Positions 9,900 through 18,822 of a stretch of DNA of 64,000 nucleotides are shown here, one piece after another. The notes under the pieces are model-generated. The model was not told the DNA's origin, made no database searches, and was given only the letters and a program-made list of their open reading frames with translations. The translations under genes and the position numbers were made by a program. Position 1 is the stretch's first letter; each line of letters opens with the position of its first letter. Source of the DNA: Desulfobacterales bacterium (GTDB lineage Bacteria; Desulfobacterota; Desulfobacteria; Desulfobacterales; JAFDDL01); NCBI GenBank assembly GCA_040235505.1, contig JBECKW010000059.1:45019-109018 (forward strand), in the 5' to 3' direction.

Positions 9900-11078
9900 T
9901 CAGAGACTTTCTCCAATGATAGCGTCCAATATTTTCATCATGGTGTCGATTTCTTCCATGGACACGTTCAAAGCCGGCATGAAACGAAGAAGTGTGGGGC
10001 GCGGAGAATTTAGAAGAAGGCCGGCTGCCAGCGCTTTATCGACAATTTTCGAGGCAATTTCACGTTTCAGATCAATTGCCGCCAGGAGACCTTTTCCACG
10101 AACTTGCCCCAGTTGATGGCGGGCCGAAAGCTGCGCGAGCCTCTCCATGAGACAGGCTCCACGGGATTCGACCGTTGAGAGGAAACCGGGTGCAAGTACC
10201 GCATCCATCACCGCACAACCTGCGGCGGTCATGAGAGGATTTCCGTTAAAGGTCCCCCCCTGGTCGCCATGCTCGAAACAGCAAACGCTATCCGTGGCCG
10301 CCAGGGCCGCCAGCGGAACTCCCCCACCGAGCATTTTTCCCAATGTCATGATATCCGGCAGGATACCGGAATGCTGATATCCCCAGAGCTTGCCGGTTCG
10401 GCCCAGGCCGGTCTGGATTTCATCGACAATCAGAAGAAGCTCCTTTCGGTCTGCAAGCTCCCGTAAGGCCTTCATGAACCCTATTTCTGCCGGGATAACT
10501 CCGGCCTCGCCCTGAACGGGTTCCAACATCACGGCAACCGTCCGGTCCGTAATCAATTTTTCCACCGATGACAAGTCATTGAGTTTCGCCTTGGGAAACC
10601 CAGGAACCTTTGGTTCGAAAAGATTCTGAAACTGCGGCTTTCCGGAAGCCGACATGGTCGCAAGAGTCCGGCCGTGAAAGGAATTTTCGAAAGTAATGAT
10701 TTCATAAGCGCCGCCCTTGTTCAGCGCTCCCCACTTGCGTGCCAGTTTGATGGCCCCTTCATTGGCTTCAGCACCGGTATTTGCGAAAAATATACGATGA
10801 AAGCAGCTGTTTTGCGTAATGCGAGCGGCAAGGGAAAGGGCGGGTTCGTTATAGAAAGCAGGGCTTGGGGTGATCAGTTTTCTCGCCTGATCGGAAAGCG
10901 CGTCGGCGATAATTGCAGGGCTGTGGCCAAGGCAGTTCACAGCCCACCCCTGAACGAAATCAAGGTATCTGCGTCCCTCGCTGTCCCATAAAAATGAACC
11001 TTGCCCACGAACGAAAACAACAGGCGGACGAGCGGTAATTTCCATCAGGGGCCGGGTGGAATAATCTTCGAATTTCAA
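9900..11078 (-). CDS. argD: acetylornithine aminotransferase (class III aminotransferase)
   Basis: Motifs [36 protein letters not shown]. The ORF track extends to ATG 11156, but that extension contains a strong terminator-like hairpin. TTG 11078 gives a typical N-terminal length; ATG 11045 is also possible. Confidence 0.85.
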   Translation of the reverse strand: MKFEDYSTRPLMEITARPPVVFVRGQGSFLWDSEGRRYLDFVQGWAVNCLGHSPAIIADALSDQARKLITPSPAFYNEPALSLAARITQNSCFHRIFFANTGAEANEGAIKLARKWGALNKGGAYEIITFENSFHGRTLATMSASGKPQFQNLFEPKVPGFPKAKLNDLSSVEKLITDRTVAVMLEPVQGEAGVIPAEIGFMKALRELADRKELLLIVDEIQTGLGRTGKLWGYQHSGILPDIMTLGKMLGGGVPLAALAATDSVCCFEHGDQGGTFNGNPLMTAAGCAVMDAVLAPGFLSTVESRGACLMERLAQLSARHQLGQVRGKGLLAAIDLKREIASKIVDKALAAGLLLNSPRPTLLRFMPALNVSMEEIDTMMKILDAIIGESL

Positions 11079-11120
11079 TTGCGGTACATCCCGGATTTCA
11101 TCATTGAAAAATGATCCTAT

Positions 11121-11150
11121 GAAAAAGAGGGGGAATTCCCCCTCCTTTTC
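11121..11150 (-). terminator. strong GC-rich hairpin plus T-run on the minus strand (GAGGGGG-AATT-CCCCCTC-TTTTT)
   Basis: Perfect 18-nt palindrome at 11127-11144, flanked by A5/T5 runs. It lies 55 nt downstream of the small ORF stop (11199). Confidence 0.45.
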
Positions 11151-11198
11151 ATCCATTTTATAATCATAGAAATGACTTAAACGTTTCGGTGACAGAAT

Positions 11199-11387
11199 CT
11201 AAACCCGGCCGCCGAATACGCCGGGTTGTTCCTTACGGTTTTTGACCCATTCCGGGCTACGGGAAAGGGGTTCGCTGTAGGGATATGCCTCGATGTCCAG
11301 TTGACGATCATGTTCACCTTCACGTATGCGATCACGGCATCCAAGGCGACATTTGCCTGTGATATCTCTTTTTGGAATTCTTTTCAT
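11199..11387 (-). CDS. small hypothetical protein (62 aa, MKRIPKRDITGKCRLGCRD...)
   Basis: AGGAGG SD 8 nt upstream of ATG 11387. Same strand as the flanking genes. No recognisable family. Confidence 0.35.
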   Translation of the reverse strand: MKRIPKRDITGKCRLGCRDRIREGEHDRQLDIEAYPYSEPLSRSPEWVKNRKEQPGVFGGRV

Positions 11388-11477
11388 TATATTATCCTCC
11401 TGTTGCAAGGATTTTATCAGGTAATGGATATCGAAAAATGTTTTCGTATTCTGAAAATATACACGAAACAGCATCAG

Positions 11478-12341
11478 TCAAGGGAAGGGTCGCGAACGAA
11501 AGCCGTTTATGAAAAGCGGCTGGTGAAAACGTCCCGCGGTTGTTTTGATCGGCATGATAACTGGAATGCGAGACGTTAGGCATAACCGAATTCTGTTTAT
11601 CAGTAAGTGTGCCCCCACCGGATATCCCGTATGAGAGGCTATTACCTGACATTTTACTGGAAAAAGGAAAAAAATATTTTGCTGTTGGTCGTTCAGTGAT
11701 TCAAAATTATCCAACCCTTTTGCGATAACCAGATCCGCATTCCGGTAATGATCTAAAAACTCCCCACTGCAATCATCGATGAACGTACCGGGTGAAACAG
11801 ACCCTTTGTCGATAATTTTCGCTGTTTCATGAAGACCGCATGCCTCTGCGTCATTGATAGTGGCGTTATCAAAAACCGGCTTACCATGAACCGCCACCGT
11901 CACTTTGGCGGGTAAAAGCTGTTCGATCAAGAGCCGGTCAAAGACAATTTCTCCTGCACGATCGGTAAGATAAAGAATATTATTGGCATTTTTTAAGGAA
12001 TTACGGAATTCTTCACGATTTTCCGGAAAGGGTTCAGTCAAAGCTCTATGAAAAGAGTCCCGAATATTTCTTGTGGTGATCCTCGTATTTTCCGGGATAT
12101 TTATCACGTTCCCGGCGATTGCGAAACGGACTGCGGTCATTAGCGGGTCGGAGGCAGATTCAGTTCGTAATTTGAGCTCCGGTAGAAGGCTCAAGGCCGG
12201 TTGAGTGCAACGCTTCCTTTCAGAATGGAAGAGGTCCGTGTGGCCGGCAACTTGTTTCAGCAGACAGTGAAACTGTTGTGCCAGCACCTGTGGCATTTGA
12301 TTAAAATCCGCTTCGACCGCAGTTGACATAACGCGGGTCAT
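11478..12341 (-). CDS. DUF89 / ARMT1-like damage-control phosphatase family protein
   Basis: Motifs ILYLTDRAGEIVFDRLLIE (DNAGE-like), FDNATINDA and IAKGLDNFESL are typical of DUF89. Confidence 0.7.
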   Translation of the reverse strand: MTRVMSTAVEADFNQMPQVLAQQFHCLLKQVAGHTDLFHSERKRCTQPALSLLPELKLRTESASDPLMTAVRFAIAGNVINIPENTRITTRNIRDSFHRALTEPFPENREEFRNSLKNANNILYLTDRAGEIVFDRLLIEQLLPAKVTVAVHGKPVFDNATINDAEACGLHETAKIIDKGSVSPGTFIDDCSGEFLDHYRNADLVIAKGLDNFESLNDQQQNIFFLFPVKCQVIASHTGYPVGAHLLINRIRLCLTSRIPVIMPIKTTAGRFHQPLFINGFRSRPFP

Positions 12342-12545
12342 TTTTTATATATCATTGTATTCATTCACAAATTCAAATGACTTCAAATTGATGCGGAATG
12401 ACGATGGCGTTGCGCTTTGCCTCGCCCCGGGTTATTGATCCCGGAACAGTCATCTTTTTACAATTTTCAATTTGCCCATGTGATGAATATGGTATATGAA
12501 ACCTCACTTGTAACCACAGGCCAATATTTTCATTAATAGATAAAG

Positions 12546-12563
12546 AACGATTTATAAATCGTT
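12546..12563. promoter_or_regulatory. perfect 18-bp palindrome AACGATTTATAAATCGTT, candidate operator
   Basis: Self-complementary by direct reading. Lies about 75 bp upstream of the Sel1-repeat gene start, in a divergent intergenic region. Confidence 0.25.
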
Positions 12564-12636
12564 TCCAAGATGCAGCGGCCGGTTTGGATGTATGGGAAAC
12601 ATCAAACATCGGCAAAAAAAAAGAGGAGGATATATT

Positions 12637-13314
12637 ATGAAATCAGGTAAAATATTTTCGATTTTTATGTTGTTGGTGTTTGTATCGATTCCCATTGCAT
12701 CATATGCCGGCACCCTTGAAGACGGAACCAGCGCCATGGAAAAGGGCGATTATCAAACGGCTTACAAGCTGCTTTATCCGCTCGCGGAACAAGGCGATGC
12801 CACTGCGCAGGACTCTATTGGATCCATGTATTGTGAAGGACTCGGTGTTGAAAAAGACGAAGCCCAGGCCGCAACCTGGTTTGAAAAGGCCGCTGACCAG
12901 GGGTATGCCAAGGCTGAGAATGCATACGGAGCCATGCTGGTCAATGGCGAGGGCGTCGCGCAAGATGAACAGAAGGGAATGTCTTACATCCTGAAAGCCG
13001 CAAGACAGGGGCTCGAGGTTGCACAACGCAATTATTATCAACTGAATTTAGAGGAAGCAAAAAATAGTAATTATGCAGCATTGCACAATGTCGGATTGAT
13101 GTGCCTGAGGGGTTGGGGAGGAAATAACGATGCGCATGACTGCATAAAAATATTGGAAGCAGCCGCTCAGAACGGATATATGAAGTCTGCCAACGTTCTT
13201 TCCAAGATTTACGAGACCGGAAAATTCGGTATTGAGAAAGATGCCGAAAAGGCCGCTTTTTGGAAGAATTTTGAGGAAAATCCACCGCAGGCGGAAGCCC
13301 CCGCAGCAAATTAA
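12637..13314 (+). CDS. secreted Sel1-repeat (TPR-like) protein
   Basis: AGGAGGA SD before ATG 12637. Signal peptide. Repeated A.WF.KAA.QG..A....G motifs. Confidence 0.85.
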   Translation: MKSGKIFSIFMLLVFVSIPIASYAGTLEDGTSAMEKGDYQTAYKLLYPLAEQGDATAQDSIGSMYCEGLGVEKDEAQAATWFEKAADQGYAKAENAYGAMLVNGEGVAQDEQKGMSYILKAARQGLEVAQRNYYQLNLEEAKNSNYAALHNVGLMCLRGWGGNNDAHDCIKILEAAAQNGYMKSANVLSKIYETGKFGIEKDAEKAAFWKNFEENPPQAEAPAAN

Positions 13315-13371
13315 AGGCGTCCATCCTGAAATCTCACATCAGGGAATATGCTTATCATTTCAATTTCTAAA

Positions 13372-13395
13372 GTGGGGCACAGGCCTGTGCCCCAC
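13372..13395. terminator. 24-nt perfect GC-rich palindrome (GTGGGGCACAGGCCTGTGCCCCAC); possible terminator lacking a clear U-tract
   Basis: Read directly. Lies between the Sel1 gene and the RT relic. Confidence 0.3.
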
Positions 13396-13438
13396 CTTGC
13401 TCCTCCAGTTACTTCTTTCATAACATCGATATTGATAA

Positions 13439-13720
13439 TTAAAGCTGTCGAGCAAGAAACCTCTTGATCGAGTCGAGCACCCTTTGGCCGGCCCGCATCG
13501 AACCGACGTAGATATTCACATCGTCAGCATACCGAGTGAGCCTACTATGCCGTCGGCTGACTTCTGCCAACTCATCCTGGCACCTCGAGATGCCGGTAGC
13601 ACAGGGCAGGTTGACAGATCTCCCCGTGTAATGCGCTTCCACCTTGACGCTTATGCCCGCCGCATTTACGGCCATGCTTTCCGTCCAGGTATCGGACTTT
13701 GAAGATATTTGCCTCCTCAT
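13439..13720 (-). pseudogene. degenerate fragment of a group II intron-type reverse transcriptase
   Basis: ...DELAEVSRRHSRLTRYADDVNIYVGSMRAGQRVLDSIKRFLARQL* matches the RT domain 5-7 pattern (YADD box, RAG.RV....RFL). The upstream RT motifs are degraded or out of frame. There is a premature TAA where KLKVN is expected, no maturase/X domain, and no domain V-like RNA downstream. Confidence 0.6.
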
Positions 13721-13891
13721 CCAGCATAGCCGCCTCGTATGCGGTTTCTGTTCGTCGGGCCAGCGCTTTGCCTGCGGCTTTCAGATCCCTCCTCGCGGAG
13801 GGCACGCTTGCCATCCGGTTAACACTTTCCCCTGTCGGGCGCGTAGAGGATTTACACCTCCAAGTGGATCCGACATGCCGGGCGCACAAAC

Positions 13892-13928
13892 AAAAAGGGC
13901 CGATCTTTCGAAAGATCGGCCCTTTTTT
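13892..13928. terminator. bidirectional rho-independent terminator downstream of the MFS gene
   Basis: AAAAA-GGGCCGATCTTT-CG-AAAGATCGGCCC-TTTTTT, a perfect 12-bp stem. Confidence 0.75.
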
Positions 13929-13961
13929 ATCAGTCAAGAAGCATTTACATGATGTTTATCA

Positions 13962-15230
13962 TTATGAAACGGTGCTGCACTCCGCGCCTGCATTTCCCCG
14001 GTCGTAATCAGGCTTCCTGCCGATGATGAAGAGGCAGATGATGGCGATTATGACAAGACCCACCATGATTTTATATGCCAGAGCAAGGTCCCCCTGATTG
14101 GCATCCATGATGAAGGACATGAAGGGCAGGGCAAAGGCCATCATAACGGCCTGAATTGCCATGATCCAACGGTTTGCTGCCTGATATTTATCCCTTCCCC
14201 ATACGTAGGTGGTAATGGACGGATGCAGGTTCGGGGTTCCGCCTGTGACACCGGCGAGACCGATGGCCGCAGTGATGATCAGCGGGATGTTGTTCTCCGT
14301 CATAAAAAGAAGTGCAAAAAGCGCTATCAGGAAGGTTATCGACAGCACTATGGAGGCAATCACTGTGCCGAATTTATCGTCGATGACGCCGAGAATAAAA
14401 CTGATGGGCATGCCCAGCACAGCCGCCACCGCCAGCCAGAATAAATAGATGGTCTGATTGGTACCGGTCCAAGCCAAACGGGGCACATAAAAGGCCATCA
14501 TGGCTACAATGCAGAACTGAAGGATACCGAAGGAGATAATAAGCCACCAGGAACCGGCATTGGAAAGGACCTCGCGCAACGGGATGGACTGGATTTCACC
14601 GGTGGACGAAGCGATTTCGCATTCGGAACCGTCGGGATACAGTCCGACATCTTCGGGGGAGGATTTGATAAAAATTGACACCAGAATCCCCAATAGCAGA
14701 ACTGCCACTGCGACGCCGATATAAGACTCGGTCAGACCGTAATGATTGACGCCCCAGGTAAGTGTTGCAATCCCCGTTGCCGTAAAAAGGGGGCAACCTA
14801 TGGTAATAATGCCGAGTGCACGACCTCTCAACTGGACAAACCAGTTGGTGCACAGCATATAAGCGCCCATCTGAAGAACCAGGACCAGCAGGCGGACCAT
14901 GAACAGAGAAATGCTAAACATCACTTTGTTCATTCCGGAAAAAGCCAGTCCGACACATGCAAGGGCCAGAAGTATGATCCCCGGAATCAGAACCCGTGTT
15001 ACGCTGAAACGGATCATCAAAGTGCCCACCAGGACGGTGGCCGGGATGACAACGAGAGTCCCCCAAGTGACCGGGTTGGTTATCGTGAGGGCGCTCCAGC
15101 CGAGCTTTGTATAGTAGGTGGTCAGAACATTGAGGTGGTCGTTCTGGAGCCCTGAGTAAAAGTACATGAGGAAAACCCCAAGTATCCAGACAGGCAGTGC
15201 CCTCTTCCAATAAGCACGATTTTCAAACAT
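13962..15230 (-). CDS. MFS-type transporter (about 12 TM segments)
   Basis: Polytopic hydrophobic profile with two 6-TM halves separated by a charged loop. Substrate unknown. Confidence 0.7.
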   Translation of the reverse strand: MFENRAYWKRALPVWILGVFLMYFYSGLQNDHLNVLTTYYTKLGWSALTITNPVTWGTLVVIPATVLVGTLMIRFSVTRVLIPGIILLALACVGLAFSGMNKVMFSISLFMVRLLVLVLQMGAYMLCTNWFVQLRGRALGIITIGCPLFTATGIATLTWGVNHYGLTESYIGVAVAVLLLGILVSIFIKSSPEDVGLYPDGSECEIASSTGEIQSIPLREVLSNAGSWWLIISFGILQFCIVAMMAFYVPRLAWTGTNQTIYLFWLAVAAVLGMPISFILGVIDDKFGTVIASIVLSITFLIALFALLFMTENNIPLIITAAIGLAGVTGGTPNLHPSITTYVWGRDKYQAANRWIMAIQAVMMAFALPFMSFIMDANQGDLALAYKIMVGLVIIAIICLFIIGRKPDYDRGNAGAECSTVS

Positions 15231-15515
15231 GTTTTCCCTCCCTTGATCAAAGGTATGTTGTTCTTAATTAGGAACGAATCTGTTATTAAAGCTCTCTATT
15301 CTGCATCGAGTTCATACAGTTGTCCGTCGAATTGAATGCTTGTGCTCCCTTTAAAGCATATTGAAAACGGATTTTGCTGATTGGAATCGAAATCAGAAAT
15401 ATGACACATCAGCCAGAAAATTACGCAAAAGAAGGAGTGTGTGTCAAGGCTTTTTTGCCGTATTACCGTTAATATTGGTACGAATTTACAATATTTAAGG
15501 CGAACTCAACATTCT

Positions 15516-16817
15516 CTACCCGGACATCAATCCCGGCAAGAAAAGAGCCAGTTGGGGAATTAAAATCAGAAAAATAATTTCACACACATCCGCGATGATG
15601 AACGGGATGACCCCTCGAAATACGGTTTCCATTCGTTCGCCGGTAATCCCTTGGATAACATACACATTGAGTCCAACCGGCGGTGTGATAAGACCCATTT
15701 CGGTGACCCGTACGACAATGATGCCGAACCAGATGGGGTTGAAACCGAGCTGCTGAATGATTGGATAAAAAACGGGAATTGTCAGAAGGACAATCGCGAG
15801 GGAATCCATTATGCATCCGAGAAGGAGGATCACCACGAGAATAAGGGCGAGAATGATATACCGGCTGACCGGAAGTCCTGAAACAAAGGTGGCAAGTTCG
15901 AAAGGAAGACGGCTGACGGAAAAGAAATAACCCAGAATCATGGCCCCCAGGACGATAAGAAACAGCATGCCGGTGGTGTTAATGGTGCCTGAAAGGCTTA
16001 ATTTGAAATTTTCCCAGGTCATCTTTCGGCGCATCAGCGCAAAACAAAGCGTGCCGAAGGCACCGATCCCCGCCGCTTCGGTGGGAGTGAAAATGCCGGC
16101 ATAGATCCCGCCGATCACCACGATAAACAGAATGAGCACTTCCCAGACCTTGGTCAGTGACAGAAGCTTTTCCCTGGTAGTGTATCTGGGTCCCGCTGGG
16201 GCGAGTGCCGGGTTTCGGCGGGTAAGAACGGAAATGGTGAAAATGTAGAAAACCGCCTCCAGCACTCCGGGAATGAATCCGGCCAGAAACAGCTTGGCGA
16301 TCGATTGTTCCGTGATGATACCGTAGATGATAAGGATGACGCTCGGCGGGATGAGAATGCCGATGCTGCCGCCGGCAGCAATGGATCCGGTGGCAAGACC
16401 GGGGTCGTAATTGTATTTTCTCATCTCCGGCATTGCCACGCGGCCAAGGGTGGCTGCCGTGGCAAGGCTTGAGCCGCTGATGGCCGCAAAACAGGCGCAG
16501 GCCACCACGGTGGCCATGGCAAGCCCGCCTTTCAGATGGCCTATGAATTTATGGATGGTACGGTAGAGGTCTTCGCTCATGCCGGCGGCAAAGCCGAAAC
16601 TGCCCATGAGGATAAACAGCGGAATGACGCTCATATCCCTGCTGGCAAAGGTGGTGTAGGGGACGGTTTTCAGGAGCGCCAGCGCTTTGTCAAAACCAAG
16701 GATACAGGCGAAACCTAGAAATCCCACGAGGCCCATGGCTATGCCGATATGCATCCGGGAAAAGATCAGCAAAATGAGAACGAGAATGGCAATATACCCC
16801 AAAATGGCCGGATTCAT
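15516..16817 (-). CDS. dctM: TRAP transporter large permease
   Basis: 433 aa, DctM-like sequence pattern. ATGA overlap with the upstream dctQ. Confidence 0.9.
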   Translation of the reverse strand: MNPAILGYIAILVLILLIFSRMHIGIAMGLVGFLGFACILGFDKALALLKTVPYTTFASRDMSVIPLFILMGSFGFAAGMSEDLYRTIHKFIGHLKGGLAMATVVACACFAAISGSSLATAATLGRVAMPEMRKYNYDPGLATGSIAAGGSIGILIPPSVILIIYGIITEQSIAKLFLAGFIPGVLEAVFYIFTISVLTRRNPALAPAGPRYTTREKLLSLTKVWEVLILFIVVIGGIYAGIFTPTEAAGIGAFGTLCFALMRRKMTWENFKLSLSGTINTTGMLFLIVLGAMILGYFFSVSRLPFELATFVSGLPVSRYIILALILVVILLLGCIMDSLAIVLLTIPVFYPIIQQLGFNPIWFGIIVVRVTEMGLITPPVGLNVYVIQGITGERMETVFRGVIPFIIADVCEIIFLILIPQLALFLPGLMSG

Positions 16818-17293
16818 TTCGTATCGCCCTCCTCGTTGGGAAAGAGCAGATGCCGCACGAGCACAAGAGCGAAAAACCCGATACCAACGGAAATGGGGAT
16901 AATAAACGGGTAGACCGGTATCAGGAGAACGGAAGAAGCAATGTGATCATGGTAGGTCTCACCGACATACAGGATGTTCTCCCAAGTCACCATCAGGGTG
17001 AATACCAGCGTGAGAATTGAAATAAATATATCTAACGATTTTTGTATAAATTTAGGGAACTTTTTAAAAAATAAATCAACCGATACGTGACCTTTCTGCT
17101 CCGCACAGTAGGCGATGCTGAGCGGAACGATGATCGCCATCATATATTCGGACAGTTCAAAAGCCCCGGCAATGGGACGCCTGAACACGTATCGCATGAT
17201 TACGTCGGCAGCCGTCAGAGTCATCATCATGGCCAGCACCCCGGCGCTGACGGCCAGCAGCAGCCGGGTGATGGCGTGGATTGTTTTGTTCAA
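16814..17293 (-). CDS. dctQ: TRAP transporter small permease
   Basis: 159 aa, 4 TM segments. Position between dctP and dctM with 4-nt overlaps on both sides. Confidence 0.85.
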   Translation of the reverse strand: MNKTIHAITRLLLAVSAGVLAMMMTLTAADVIMRYVFRRPIAGAFELSEYMMAIIVPLSIAYCAEQKGHVSVDLFFKKFPKFIQKSLDIFISILTLVFTLMVTWENILYVGETYHDHIASSVLLIPVYPFIIPISVGIGFFALVLVRHLLFPNEEGDTK

Positions 17294-18330
17294 GGTTCTT
17301 CACTCAGTTTGATTGCGGTATCGAGGATTTGCGGGGCGTCTGCATACCCCATATCCTGCATGTGCTTTGTCCATTCCGACCATATGGGTTTTCCGCCGAC
17401 CTGAAGCCAGCGTTGTCTTTCCTCCGGGCTCAGTTGATAGATATTGTCGGCATCGCCTTCTTCCTTGATCTTATCGATGGCAACCGGCTTTGCATTATCG
17501 AAAAAATTCCGTCCCCAGAATTTTGAACCCTCCAGGCCGCTGACACTCATAATGGCGGTCTGTACATCCTTTGGCAGGCTGTTCCATGTGGATTTGTTCA
17601 TGACAATCGAAAAATAGACAGCAGGGAAGGGCACTTCCGTATAATATTTGGCAACTTCATAAAACCGATAGGTGTGAATCGCCTCCCACGGGACCCCCAT
17701 ACCATCGATAACGCCTTTCTGGAGCGATATGTAGGCATCCGCCATGGAGACGAACAGAGGAGCGCCCCCAAGGGCTTTGACCATTTCGGTGGGCGGGCCC
17801 CCGGTCATCCGGATTTTGAGTCCCTTGAGATCGTCCATGGTTTTAACCTGCTTTTGGGTGGTCATCAGAATGTAAGGTTCGCTGGTGTAGAACAGAAGCA
17901 CCTTGACATCCTTGAATTCATTCTGAATTTCCGGATACTGCTCATACAGTTTCCACATCACCTCACTGCCTTTTTCTGCGGTTTTGAAGGGAAGGGCCGG
18001 GAGGCTGATGACATCGGAAAGGGGGGTCATGTTTGGATAGTATCCGTGGCAGATCCATCCGATATCGGCGATTCCGGTTTTGGTGCCGTTCCACAAATCC
18101 TTCGCCTTCAAAAGGGTCTGGCCGTAGTAGGTATCGATTTTGATCTTTCCACCGGTGGCTTTTTCAACTTGCTTCAACCACGGTTCGACACAGTTGATGG
18201 TGCTCCAGGCGGTATCCGGATTCTGCTGGGCATATCGAAGTGTAATGGTCTTGGGTGCGGATTTTTGCGAACTACAGGAAAGAATCGCCAGAAAACAGAC
18301 CGATAGAACCAGTATCCCTAACTTTTTCAT
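17290..18330 (-). CDS. dctP: TRAP transporter substrate-binding protein (lipoprotein-type signal)
   Basis: GGGAGA SD before ATG 18330 (MKKLGILVLSVCFLAILSC...). DctP-family pattern. The ORF-track start 18369 is less likely. Confidence 0.9.
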   Translation of the reverse strand: MKKLGILVLSVCFLAILSCSSQKSAPKTITLRYAQQNPDTAWSTINCVEPWLKQVEKATGGKIKIDTYYGQTLLKAKDLWNGTKTGIADIGWICHGYYPNMTPLSDVISLPALPFKTAEKGSEVMWKLYEQYPEIQNEFKDVKVLLFYTSEPYILMTTQKQVKTMDDLKGLKIRMTGGPPTEMVKALGGAPLFVSMADAYISLQKGVIDGMGVPWEAIHTYRFYEVAKYYTEVPFPAVYFSIVMNKSTWNSLPKDVQTAIMSVSGLEGSKFWGRNFFDNAKPVAIDKIKEEGDADNIYQLSPEERQRWLQVGGKPIWSEWTKHMQDMGYADAPQILDTAIKLSEEP

Positions 18331-18435
18331 GAATTCTCCCATCTTTACAAATGGTTGGGTGAACATCACAACAAAGAAACCTGTGGGACTGCCGTTTACT
18401 ATTAAGATATTACGTGAGGATTTTCAACAGCAAAG

Positions 18436-18822
18436 CTATTCCTTCTTTTTCAAAAGGGCGGCCAAATCGGCAAAGGGCCTGTAGCCTGAAGATGGTGCGG
18501 AGTCTTCCCCGGGGAGTGTGACGCCCGCGTGGGCCGATTCTTCGAGATAGCGCTGATGCTCATTGTCATGACAGTAAAGGCAGAGGAGCTCCCAATTGCT
18601 GCCGTCCGGGGGATTGTAGTCATGGTTGTGATCCTTGTGGTGCACCGTGAGTTCCTTGAGCTTTTTTCCTGAAAAGTCTCTCCCGCAACGGGCGCAGACA
18701 TGGGGAAAAAGCTTGAGGGCGCGTTCCCGGTAAGTACCCTCTCGACGTTTTTGAGCTTCCCGGCTCTGGGCGATGATGTCGTCAAGTTTCTTTCCATCAG
18801 GCTTTGTATCGTTTTTCGTCAT
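18436..18822 (-). CDS. yajD: YajD-like HNH nuclease family protein
   Basis: CARCGRDF...LTVHHKDHNHDYNPPDGSNWELLCLYCHDNEH. The start ATG overlaps the uup stop (ATGA). Confidence 0.8.
   Translation of the reverse strand: MTKNDTKPDGKKLDDIIAQSREAQKRREGTYRERALKLFPHVCARCGRDFSGKKLKELTVHHKDHNHDYNPPDGSNWELLCLYCHDNEHQRYLEESAHAGVTLPGEDSAPSSGYRPFADLAALLKKKE

Noticed and set aside
13439-13937. Reverse transcriptase as an active retron, DGR or group II intron
   Set aside because: Only about 50 residues around the YADD box are recognisable. The ORF ends in a premature stop, the upstream motifs are frame-broken, the 121-aa overlapping ORF runs through a terminator hairpin, and no ncRNA-like or template-repeat structures were seen.
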